A DNA stretch of 62,703 nt, filler included, from Circinaria calcarea (lineage: Eukaryota): assembly GCA_051942165.1 (NCBI GenBank). It is 4 parts of 4 records of this genome, joined end to end, with 100 filler letters (N's around TTAATTAATTAA, not from the genome) between each part and the next. Parts side by side here need not be neighbours in the genome. Positions count along the whole stretch, not along the records: positions 15,766 to 31,406 come from JAVECS010000357.1; positions 31,507 to 47,057 come from JAVECS010000359.1; 2 more parts are not named here. One strand, written 5' to 3'. Positions 25,874-38,108 of the stretch are shown here, in pieces. Position 1 is the stretch's first letter. Each line of letters opens with the position of its first letter. A program made the translations under genes and the position numbers. The notes under the pieces were generated by a model. The model ran no database searches. It worked only from the letters and a program-made list of their open reading frames with translations, and was not told the DNA's origin.

Positions 25874-28341
25874 ATGTCGACCAGGCAGCTTTACGAATCA
25901 ACGTTTCCCTCGCCCTCAATCCCAGCGTCACCGGTCATGGCCAGTGCTCGCCTTGTGAATATTAATCGACTTAAGAAAACCCTAAGGAGCAAGTCAGTCG
26001 GAGCTCAGACATTACCAGAAGAACCCAGGAAAACTCGGGCGGATACCATCGTTGAAGATGTTGCCAATCGAGATGCGCCGACGACAGAAAACCTTACGCA
26101 GCAGGATATAAGGCCAGACGGCTCAAATAACCCCTTGTCAAAGGACGGCTCGGAATCCGTAGGACGCCTGACACCTGAGCAAACGCCATCATTCGACGCG
26201 AACAAACTCCTGCCTCATAATGCACACTCAGATAATGAGGGGCAAATTGGAGCTCCAGACTCTTCACCCTTGGGCAGTCCGCATGATCATGGGCAGAGCT
26301 TTGATTTAGCTCCTCCCCCACCTAAGGAGACAACTAAAACAATAGATTGGCTTGCGGAGCGTGTGTTTAGTGACGATCACCTGCGAATCATCATACGAGA
26401 CCAAACTCAAATCAAGCGATTCACGGCCTTTCTGACTAGATACAAGCCATATGCGGTACCCGTTCTAAATCGATATCTTGAAGCGCAAAAGGCGATAAAG
26501 GCTGTGGAGTTTGCGAACGCAATAGCAGAGACACTGCCTAAGCTGCCGAGCGATCACTCGAGCTTTATACCTTGTTCGGCTGCGATACTAGATGGGCGAT
26601 TTGAAGCAAGGAGTAGGAGGGCTCTGGACAGTTTGCTACACGATGCGCTACCTGCATGGATTACACATAGCCTGGTTCAGGTGGTTACAGAAGTTATGGT
26701 CAAGGAGATTACGGGCAATAGCCTTCCTCTGTTGCGCAATTTAATAGGAGGCTTAGCTGAAGTGTTTTGCTTATCTGACCCTTCCTTACCGGATAATCCA
26801 ATTGTCTACGCCAGCGAAGGTACGAAAATTGAGAGCGTTTCTGTTTGATCGGTTTCTAGCGCGTGCTGACAAGATACTGAACAGAGTTTTACCGTACGAC
26901 CCAGTACGGCAGAGATTATAGTTTGGGCAAAAACTGCCGATTCTTGCAGGGTCCTAAAACGGACCGCAACACAGTATCACGGTTGAAAGCAGCAACTGAG
27001 AGTGGGGAGGAGATTTGTGAGACGATTCTCAATTAGTGAGTTAGCCGGTGGCCGTCAAGCCATTATGATGCTGACACTTTCGATTCAGTCGACGGGATGG
27101 AACTCCTTTTATCAATCTCCTCATGGCCGCTCCTCTGTGTGATAATCGAGGACGGGTGCGGTACTATATCGGCTGCCAACTCGACGTGACAGGTCTTGTC
27201 GAAGAAGGTAGAGGCGTCGAGTCTTTGGCACATCTTCTTGCTGAAGACCGCCATCAAGAACAACAACGAGAGCGTCAAGGAAGTGGCGGTCACATTACAG
27301 GAAGTCATACAAAGGACCCAATGAAGACGCTTGGCGAATTAGGACAGATGCTCTCACTCGACGAGTCCAATTTGATCCATAATCCCAGCCAAAGGAACTC
27401 TATGTGTGACGACTTGAGCATATCTGGATCTATGGTGGGAGGGTCAAACAACCGGAGAGAGAACATTTCTCGGAATAGTACGAGGAGGGTTCTGGGGGAA
27501 GATGAGCATCAGCGCGACGACGGTGATTGGGCACTGTCCTCTACAGGCCTGTCTGGGAAGCTTCCGGGTGTATATCAGAATGTAACTTACTCTTCCCTCA
27601 TTCGAACAGCCTACTCCAATCTGCCGAAACGGATAAGGTCTCAGACTATCATGCTGACTCTCTACACAGTATCTTTTAGTTCGTCCGAGCCCTTCCTTAC
27701 GCATCATCTTCCTCTCTCCATCTCTCAGAGTCCCCGGGCTGTTACAATCTCACTTTCTATCTCGTATAGGCGGACCTGCCCGAGTCCGTGACGGAATCTC
27801 GGACGCCTTCGCCACCGGAGTTCCCGTGACAGCCAAAGTCACCTGGCTGCCGATGGGCCGGCACACCCAAGACAACTACATCGACTACATCTCTAGTGAA
27901 AGAGGTGATGGCACAAGTGGCGACGGCAACGTCGGTACCAGTAACGGCAAAATTCGCTGGCTGAACTGCACGCCGCTCTTCGGTTCCGATGATAAGGTAG
28001 GCGTTTGGATGGTGGTCATGGTTGAGGATGAGCGTGTTACGGGTACTCTGGCGTCGAGAACGAATCAAGGAAGGAAGCAGATCTATCCTACTCCGGCTGC
28101 GGTGCACGAGTGGCCCACGCCTCCCCGGACACCTTTGTCTCCGAGGAGCCCTCCGGTGTCAAATGGTGGATCGGGCAGTACGAGATCCAGGTCGGCCATG
28201 GGGTACAGGCGGTCCTATAATGAGCTTGAGGTGAAGCGACCGAGGGGGCCTATGAGCGTGGACGGGGATACGGGCGATAGGAAAGTGGGAAGGATACGGG
28301 AAGAGGAAACGGTGGGTAATGGAAGGATGATGACGCTTTGA
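25874..28341 (+). CDS. LOV-domain blue-light photoreceptor (helical RGS-like region + LOV + C-terminal PAS-like DUF)
   Basis: Introns 26820-26884, 27036-27088, 27582-27669. The spliced LOV reads FCLSDPSLPDNPIVYASEEFYRTTQY...GKNCRFLQGP...ILNYRRDGTPFINLLMAAPL...YYIGCQLDVT. Confidence 0.92.
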
Positions 28342-29725
28342 GCCGCTGGTTCAGTGCCGAGTCGTGTATGACTTGAAATGGGCAATGCCTAGCGAGGGGA
28401 CACGGTTTGTTCACGTGAAGGCGCTTCGGATTTTGGCGCTCTGTTGATATTCCAAGATACCTGCACCTCTGTTGGTGGTTTGAATGTATAATTCTACTAT
28501 TCCATATATACATCTTATTACCTAGATATCAGTTATCATAGAAGATTAACAAAACAGATAGCAAGATGCAGGTAGCAAAAAGAGGCGTCCAGGAAGCGGG
28601 TGTAGAAGATCCATCGTTCGTGTTAATCCTGACCGTATGTAGCACGTTGATATTCCCGTTACCCTATACCAGGTAGGCAAGGCCCTATATCGAATCAGAC
28701 CATGGCCTAGATATCAGTGCACGGCTTCCCCCACGACTCCTCCCCACAAGACATAAACGGTTGGCGCATCCGGAGAAAGGATACGTACGACGCGGGGTGA
28801 GCAAGACATCGTTGCCGAATGTAAATAGTGTGAGAACGGCGGACGACTCCTTTCATGTAAGAACTAACATCTTATCCGATATTTGTTATAAGGCAAGGCG
28901 TTTGTGCGTAAGTGTAGGGTTTAAAGTTTCAGTCCAGATATGCATGGGTGGTTAAGTACGAGGCAGCAGCCTCTTGTACATTTAGTTGCCTCTCTCCCTT
29001 CGGCCAGTCCCCATATCGATTAGACCCTGACCGAATAACGGGTCGACAGCTCCCAGCGACTCCTCCCCACACAGGACATGACATTCGGCTGATCACAATA
29101 GGAAAGCGACGTTCCCGAGTATTTAGGCTAATGTCCGATGCTAAAGAGAAGCAAACAGGAAGCCGCGTTCCTCTTCGCTTCTAGTCTTAAAGGGGACTAG
29201 TGGCAAGGGAGGAGCCGCTCATCAAACTGGCATCTCATGGCCTGAATTCGGGATATCGTCATTCCCCCGCATCGAAAGGCCCTGTCCACATGTGGTAGGC
29301 TGGAAATACCTACGGTAAGCACCACCCTTCCGAAATTCAGGTTGCCTAGGCTGTCTTTTGTGGGCCACTAGAACTTCAAACGAATCGTCCCCGGGCCCCG
29401 GCTAAAGGAGGGAAGCCATCGGTCAGCCACTGATAGGCTGGGTCCAGGGCACGCGGCCCGGGCATCAAACAGCTTAAGCGCGGCCTTTGGTAGGGTTGAT
29501 CATGCGTTTGATACGGGCATTCGCTGTCCCTGCCCAAATTCATCAGAAATTCACTCCGCGTGTTACACACATCAGCCGCGATAGTGGCTTCACAGGGGGT
29601 GGGGAGGCTTCTTTCCTATTATACTAGTGACTTCCGTCAGCATGCTCTTCAATCTTCAAGTCCCTTTCATACTCACGGTACCTGGAGAGTAATTCCTCGT
29701 CCCTCCCTCTCTCTAGCTGTACACG

Positions 29726-31056
29726 ATGCATTTCTCCTTTGCTGCTGCGGTTCTCTCTGCCATCTCCTTAACCATTCCAGCAGTACTGTCGCTGGAACTC
29801 GACGTCAACGATGCTGGTAAGCATCCGAAGGCCAGCAGTACCGGAACTGGGAAACTGACTTCCATCATGTAGTCTCTATCAAGAACGCTGCGGCTACAGT
29901 GGCCTATGACGTGATGAGCTACTACACCGGCAACTTGACAGGCAACGAGGAAAAAGTCGGCCTCTTACCCGCTCCCTACTATTGGTGGCAGGCTGGAGCC
30001 ATGTGGGGGACCATGGTCCAATACTGGTTTTACACAGGGGACACCAGTTACAACGAGGTCGTGGCTGCAGCCATACTGTCGCAAGCATCACCTACAAACG
30101 ACTTCATGGTGGAGAAATTGCACTACCAGTTGGTCGGTCACTTATAGCATATACCATCCCTATGTCATTGGCTAATGTGGCAAGAACAGGGTAATGATGA
30201 TCAAGCTTTCTGGGCACTCACCGCCATGTCTGCTGCCGAATACGGCCTTCCCAATCCATCCAAACCGTCGTGGATCGAGCTGGCCACCAATGTCTTCAAT
30301 AACTTGGCAACCCGATGGGATACCGCCACGTGCGGCGGTGGACTCAAATGGCAGTTTTTCGCCACAAATGTGGGCTACAACTACAAATCGTCCATCACAA
30401 ACGCGGCTTTTTTTCAGCTGTCCGCACGTTTGGCAAGGTACACAGGCAACACCACTTATGCGGACTGGGCCGAAAAGACTTGGAATTGGATGTCGGATGT
30501 ACATCTCATCAGTGCAGATTTTAACGTTTATGATGGTACGGATGACCTAAAGAATTGCAGCGATTTTGATGGTCACATGTGGACGTACAACAACGGAGCC
30601 CTTCTCTATGGCAGCGCTATGCTAGCCAATATCACGGCACCCACTGCGCCATGGGCAAACCGAACTCGTGGTCTCCACCAAGCTTCCAAGACTCACTTCT
30701 TCTCGCCATACCCCAATGCCACGAACGTCATGTTTGAACTTTCGTGCGAAAAGACCAACTCATGCAACAACGACCAGTACAGTTTCAAAGCCTACCTCTC
30801 CCGCTGGTCGTACGCTGCCGCCAAGGTGATGCCGGAATTGGAACCCGATGTTTTGACTCTCATGCGCCCGACCGCTCTAGCTGCTGCCCGCTCCTGTTCC
30901 GGCGGACCTAAGGGACGCACTTGCAGTGCCTCGTGGTGGTATCCAGGGTGGGACGGCACGGTAGGTGTGGGTCAGGAAATGAGTGCCTTGGAAGCTATCC
31001 ACGGGCTTCTCCTCGATGCCACGGACGCTCCTGGTGTCGCGAATCTGAAAGCCTGA
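29726..31056 (+). CDS. Glycoside hydrolase family 76 (Dfg5/Dcw1-like alpha-1,6-mannanase)
   Basis: Signal peptide MHFSFAAAVL; introns ~29817-29872 and ~30133-30189; YYWWQAGAMWG, catalytic GNDDQAFW, CGGGLKWQ, FKAYLSRW, GVGQEMSALE. Confidence 0.95.
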
Positions 31057-31406
31057 TGAGCCGCGAGACTGTGAGGCGGGAGGGTATCGACGGCAGATGT
31101 AAAGGAAGGGGGGGGGGCTCTTTGGGGGGCCTCGAAGCTGTACACATTTCCTCGGTTATGGAAAGCATGCACATGTTGAACCTTCTAGCGTCTCTACCTG
31201 TACATATTTAGCACACACATACCCCTCGAGCGAGAGCGAGAGCGAATATACATTTGCCAAGATGGAAAATCAGAACGGAAACATTGCATACAACGTCATG
31301 TACCTGGGTCGTTTTTCTTTCTTTTCTTTTCTCCTTCTCTCCAACCACACTCTCAACTTACTTCATCATATGCTTTGTTTTGTTTTTTTAAACCATCCCC
31401 CCCCCC

Positions 31407-31506
31407 NNNNNNNNNNNNNNNNNNNNNNNNNNNNNNNNNNNNNNNNNNNNTTAATTAATTAANNNNNNNNNNNNNNNNNNNNNNNNNNNNNNNNNNNNNN
31501 NNNNNN
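31407..31506. other. Artificial contig linker N44-TTAATTAATTAA-N44
   Basis: Same 100-bp linker. Confidence 0.98.
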
Positions 31507-34500
31507 CCCCACGACGCCTCCTCCACGGCGTGGACCCCCTCCTCCTCCTCCCCGTATACGCCCGCTGCAGGCTCCTCCACCCCGTCGTCGGACCGGGGCC
31601 GCGAGGATGCAGCGGTGTTGTCGTAGGATAGACGGGCTGGAGTTCCCTCGGCCGAGAATGCCGGGGATGCCATCCCGTCGTAGGGGGTGGTGGACTCGCG
31701 GAAGAAGGAGTCCGAGGAGTCGTACAACTCGTCGAGGTCCAGCATTGCGATCGACTGGTGGTGTGGGTTACCACCAGCTGGCGCCGTAGTGGCGTGCTGG
31801 AGACGAGGCCGGAGGGGGACGAGGGAGGCCGGAGTGTTCTGCTCGACCATGGTGGACGGAAACGTCCACTCCATGGTCGCCCGCTTGTCGGCCGCGCTGC
31901 TCGTGCCAGCGTCGGCGTCGGTCACCTCGAACGACGGGAACTTCCAGTCCCGCGTCGCGCGCTTTTCCTCATATATACGACCCTCATTGCCGCATTCTTC
32001 CTTGGAGAATCGCCCCATCTTCTTCGCCTTGATGGTATTGACATTGGCGAGGTCGATATTGGGCATGTCGAATGGATCAAGTTGAAAGTCACCGACATTG
32101 ATTTCGAGTTCCTGGTGGACTGATGCTTCGTTTGTGGCAGAGCGAAGTGGTAGGTCCGACCCGATGCGAGGTAACCGGCCTTGCTTCTCCTTTGATGCAA
32201 GTTTTCGCTCCATCTCACGTTCGAAATCGTCCTTGACATGGTACTTGTACTCGGGAGTTGACTCGTTGAAGATACCCTCCATTGCCTCCTTCCCACGTCG
32301 AACGCGCTCTTCTGCCCGGAACTGCTCTTCTGGTGATAGTGATTCAGCCACCGTCTGGGAAATCTGTTGCTCGTCCTGCTCATTAACGGCGCCTCGTACC
32401 GCAAGATTTTCTACTGCGACATGTCCTTCCTCGCGAGCATACTCCTGAGGTTGAAATAAGGATTTGGAAGCTTCAGAGAGGGCTTCATTCTGGTCCTGTT
32501 GCTCGATCCACTGCCGGTAGTCCATTGCGGTGTTGATGTTCAAGCTACGATTAGATTCGTTCGTACCGAACCGCTCTGGTTGCAAGGCGTTGTCCATTAG
32601 GCCAAGCTGATCCTCTGGAGAGATGAAGTCTGACATCTTGCGATTGAGATTTGGAGTACGTTGAGGGGTATTTGGTTGGTGAACGATAGCGGATGAAGTG
32701 TTGAACGCGTTCTCGGGATAGTATGGTTGGTCAGGTGACTCAAGATGGTATTCGCTGAACCAATCCTTGGGTGCTTTTAGTGGCGTGGACGAGGGAGTAG
32801 ACAAGTCGTAGTTATCGAGCAATGTATTTGGAGCGACGGAAGATTGGACTGTAGTTGTTGCTTTGGAGGTTGTAGCCGTTGCCTTGGTGGGCGTTGGTGG
32901 TTGACGTTCAGACGCGATTTGTTGCTCAAAACCGGCTGTGGTGCTAAAATTCCACTCTTCTTCGTCGGTCAAAGTCTTGGGGTACTCTGCAGCGGCAGCA
33001 CCTCCAGGAAAGAAAAGTGATTGACGTTGTCCACCTGAGAACTCCCAGCGATAGTAAATTTTGACAAGCTCTGCGAGTGAAGTTGTAGGATGTGTGACTT
33101 CGGTGCCGTGAAAGTATGGATCCTGCAGAATTTGTGCCATAGAAGGGCGATCGCTAGGTTTACCTTCCAAAACGAACGCCACTAAGTTACGCAGCCCCTC
33201 GGAATAATTCTCATCCACCAATCTCGGGGGCGTTCGCCCTATGTGCGCTCCTAACCTACGGCCCGGTTCGATTCTAGCGTTTGGTGGTTGGCCCGTTGCA
33301 CACTCGATCAAAGTACAGCCGAATGCCCAGACATCAACCTAAGGGTTTGTTAGTCACGTGGAGCTCCTCTAACAACCACTGATTCTTGGCATCTCTTTCA
33401 CGTGTACTTACTTCAGTTCCATAACTTAGACCTTCAGGCGGTGCGTTCTTGTGCAGTTCAGGGGGCATCCAATGTGGGGTTCCAATGATCGTGTTTCTCT
33501 TGTCACGCTTTGTTTGCATGATGCCAGCCACACCAAAGTCGATTACTTGGAGACTCCCATTCTCATGAATCATGACATTCGCAGCTGGTTTACACGTCTT
33601 CTGTTAGCCTTCATCTGTTTTACTTTATTTTGCCTTTCAAGTTGTCTAAATCGAAGAGTTGGCGGAGGAGACTTACATTTCACATCTCGATGTATAATCC
33701 CTGCCTCGTGGATAGCGTTCAGTCCTGCTGCTAGTTCACGAGCAATGGGTAGAAGGTATTTCTCCTCTAGTTTGTTTTGCGTTGCACGCATCTGAACATA
33801 CATTAGCTCAGCACTACATGTGTGAGAACTTTCAAGTAGGTTTGTAAAGCAGGACAGATAAGACACTATATAAGTTGCTTCTCGAACAAAGCTGTGGCTA
33901 TAAAAAGAACCAGAACTTCTCAGATGGCGAGGAGGTTTAATAAGTTTGCGTGGATACTCGATATCGTTATAGATCTGGCCAAGAGAGATGATCGATCCAA
34001 GGATCGTAAAGATTGTTGGACAAAGAGCTGCTGGCCAACACCAGCAAAGAGACTTCTGACAATAAGTACGACCTAGGGACTTGGAACCCCCAGATCCGCT
34101 CTCCGCTTGTGCTTGTTGCTTCTTGGCAAGATCAAACAAGCTTCGTCTTCGAAAAATGAGGAAAGTGGTAAAAGGAATCAAAAATAATCTATGCGAACGA
34201 CGCAAAGACGAAGGGAGGTCGGCCAGATCAAATAGAGATGGCAAAATATAGGTAGGAAGTTTGTGACAGTGTTACTCACCAAAGTATGAACGCTACCTCC
34301 AGGGCAATAGTCGTTCACAATCCAGAGCTGGCCGTGAATATGGAAAGCATCAAAGAACATGTTGACATTCTTAGCTTTGCTATCCTTCAGCTGCTTCAGA
34401 ACCTTGATCTCATGGATAGTAACATCCATGGTGTCATCTTTGGCGCGGGCGTTGGACTTATAGTCTGTTGTATCGACATCGATAACCTTAAGGGCAACAA

Positions 34501-34945
34501 TACGGTTGTCCACTTGATCGTGGCTAAAGAAGATATAGTCAGTCTGGTGTGTCTAGGAGATAACCTAAGGGAACAGGTCAAGAAGAAATGGCATGGTGTC
34601 AAGCGGTTGGCAGGACTGTATATGGAACCGCTGACTTGATGTACAGAGGAGTGCAAGACAAGATAAGGGTGTAATTTCTCTACTACAAAGCCAGGAGGAA
34701 GAGCCTGGTGGGTAGGAAGACAGAAAGGAAACTTACCACTTGAAGACTCGACCATAAGCACCTTTTCCAATAAGCTCCAAAAAGGTAAATTTGGGAATGT
34801 CGCCGCCTTTATCCTTCAGTCTTGCATGGATAGCGCCCTCTTGAGCCTTGGCTTCTTGGACAGCAGCAGACTTTTGTTTGTATGCAGGACCGTTCGAAAC
34901 AGCCGCAAGTGGGTCAAGAAGCTTCGATGATAGTGAGACATCCAT
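31507..34945 (-). CDS. STE20/GCK-family Ser/Thr kinase (Kic1/Nak1-like), 3' end truncated by contig end
   Basis: IGKGAYGRV, VALKVID, HRDVKSAN, IDFGVAG, IGTPHWMPPE, VDVWAFG assembled across introns 34524-34736, 33792-34279, 33585-33676, 33339-33411; long C-terminal tail runs into the linker. Confidence 0.92.
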
Positions 34946-36638
34946 CCTGTCAGGTATGCAGTTTCCTTCGAGCAGTTGATGTTGAGTCCTCAAAGGAAGA
35001 CAAGAAGGAGTATTGGTTGAAGAAGTAGCTGCAGCTGCAAGTCGGGGAGTCTGCAGTGTCTGTGGCCAACGAAATGTGACGAGACGGATTGGACGAGTAG
35101 TAATTTGGATAGAGACGACCGGAGCTCTGAATGTTACTAGAGTACGTGATGCTACGAAACGATGGGTTGTTTCTTGATGAAGCAGGTATCATCACCTTTG
35201 TCTGGATGTTACAATACAAACCGACGACTTAAGAAAGGTAGGGTGATGGTACAAGAGAAGGCAAGGTGGGGTGAGAAGTAGGAATCCGGGTGTTGTGGAA
35301 ACGAGGGTTTGGTGTGTGCGGATCGCCAGTTTTGCAGACTAGAGTACCCTCTTCGCTGGTCTTATTTATTTCGGCTCTCCTCCCAATGCTCCTAATCCTC
35401 CCCTATAGCCACATCAAGCTTACAGCCTCGTTTCCGGACTACATCACCCCCGAAGAAAGCCCATCCAGAGTATAGGAAGGGTTTAGGGGACATTCGGGTT
35501 CTCGAACCAGACGGCTCTCTAGATCTTTCAATGCCAAACGCCTAATGATAGGCATTCACCAGATAACACCTGCATACGGTTGCCGAAAGTGCCTGCGCCC
35601 GATGCAAACGCCAAAGCCGTGGAAAGGAAAGTCAGCCGGCACGGTCCGGGGCTGTTAGAAAGTGGTTACAGAAGACAGACAGAGAAGAATTAGGATTACA
35701 AAGAAGATGTATGAACGACCGGCGTATCAACTTCGTTCGACATGTTGGAGAAAGAAGGTGAGGATTAAGCGCTGCCGGCGTCTATGCAGCCAACCAGATC
35801 CAATATGTCGGGAAGACATCGGGGAAGGAAAGGAACCCCCTGCAGAACATGGTGTCACTAACGTCAAGGCTTCCCCAACCTTCTAAAAACTTCATAGGAC
35901 TTCAGAGACCATCTATCTGGACATTGTTCTTTCAGCATTCGGTACAGCATAAGACTGTGGCGTCTTTCACCATCGTCCATTCTATCTACGTGTCAAATCT
36001 GACTGACTTCCTATTCCCTTGACTCTCTACCAACTTCTCAGTCAATCCTCCACCAACGACTCTCGGTATATGTCCTAAATTCAACACTCACAATCAGCGC
36101 ATAGAAGCACAAAGTAGCTTGCCATCTCTACGGTCTGTTACGAATAGGAGCAGGAGCGGGATCACCGGGTTTCGCAACAACTTGTGCCTGTCAGCTAGGA
36201 ATAGAAGACCGTACAGGGGGGTACTTGAAGAGAGTGTAGTTGGGAAAGGCGGTATACAGCGCTAGGCATGATAGACCTCGGGGGAGCCAGAACACTAAGC
36301 TTTGATACGGGGAGAAGCTGAAGAAAACGTTGATTTGGGATAGGTTTGGATTGTGGTTTTATGACCCTATACGTAAATGATTTGGCTAGGCCAAAACATT
36401 TGTACATTCACTTGAGAATACTAAATGGGAGGGGGAATATCAGGACAATGCAATGTCTACTGTCACGTAACTGGTCTGCCATAGATTATGATTAAGAAGA
36501 AAGCGGTATTTTCCAATAATTGATACATCGGTACTTCGTATCTCCTCGTCTCGAGTAGAGCAATTGGAATATGATTGCTCCATAGGAAAAAAAACTGTAC
36601 AAGGTTCTAACGCCAAGGATGCAGCCGGAAATGCTCTT

Positions 36639-38108
36639 CTAACGATCAACCTCTCCAAACACGAGATCCATAGTGCCAATAATAGCAACGGCATCTGCAA
36701 GTAAATGACCTCTTGAGATCTGATCGAAGCTCCCCAGATGTGCGAAGCCGGGTGCCCTGATCTTACACCGATATGGTCGCTCACTACCATCACTGACAAG
36801 GAAAACGCCCATTTCACCTTTCGGCGCTTCGATAGCTGAATACGTCTCTCCGGGTGGCACAGTATAGCCCTTGGTGAACAGAAGGAAATGATGGATCAAG
36901 GCCTCCATGTTCTCTTTCATAGCCGCTCTCGGCGGTGGCGAAATCTTATAATCTTCCACACGAATGGGTCCTGCGGGCATTTTGTTCAAACATTGGTGGA
37001 TAATTCGAAGACTCTGCCGGAACTCTTCCATACGGCATAGGTACCGATCGTAACAGTCTCCATTCACACCCACGGGAACATCAAATTCGACTTGGTCGTA
37101 AGCGTCATAGGGCTGACTCTTTCGTACATCCCACGGTACGCCTGAACCTCGTAGCATAACACCCGAGAAGGCGTAATTGAGGGCATCGGCAGCAGAGACG
37201 ACGCCAATGCCTTGTGTTCGGCCTTTCCAGATTCGGTTGTCTGTAAGGAGTTCTTCAGTCTCATCGATGCGATCGCCAAACTGCGTGGCCCATTGGTATA
37301 TGTCATCAAGAAGACCGAGCGGTAGATCCTGATGAACGCCACCTGGACGGACGTACGCAGCGTGAAGGCGAGCTCCTGAAACACGCTCATAGAATTCCTG
37401 GGGAAGAGATTATTGACAGCCTTAACTCGACAGTTCCGAACAGCATACCATCAGTTTCTCTCGTTCCTCAAAGCCCCACAAAAACGGTGTCAAAGCGCCA
37501 ACATCCATAGCATGCGATAATATGGACATGAGATGATTCAGGATCCTGGTGATTTCCCCGAACAGCGTACGGATCCATTTTGCTCTCTCAGGAATTTCAA
37601 TATTCAATAGCTTCTCCACTGCCAGCGAATAGCATTGCTCATTCGTCATCATCGAGACGTAGTCCAGCCGGTCGAAATATGGTAACGCCTGCAGGTAGGT
37701 TTTGTATTCAATCAACTTCTCCGTGCCCCGATGTAACAATCCCACATGTGGATCTGCTCGAACAATCTCCTCTCCATTAAGCTCCAAGATGAGACGTAGA
37801 ACTCCATGCGCGGCAGGATGTTGGGGCCCAAAATTGACGGTGTAATGTCTTATTTTCCGGTTCTCGGTAAGGTCGCCATCCTCTGGTTCGGTCTCGATGG
37901 CTTGTGGGCCGTCCTTATTTGGAGAAGTACCGAAGCGTTCATCAACAGGTATTAAAGTGGTGCCCTGGTAGGGTTCGGCGTAGTGGCGGGGGATTGTGGT
38001 TGCGATTGATCTGGATGAGAGGCGTGGGATGGCGATTCGAGGGGTCGATGGACGGAGACAGAGTCGCTTTGCATTGTGCCCAGCTAAACGGGTGAAAGAC
38101 GAAGCCAT
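36639..38108 (-). CDS. nuo-49: NADH:ubiquinone oxidoreductase 49 kDa subunit (complex I, NDUFS2/NuoD orthologue)
   Basis: Mitochondrial presequence; [46 protein letters not shown]; intron 37398-37448. Confidence 0.97.

Noticed and set aside
35679..35700. ACAGAGAAGAATTAG resembling the U6 snRNA ACAGAGA box
   Set aside because: Flanks lack the rest of the highly conserved U6 sequence.
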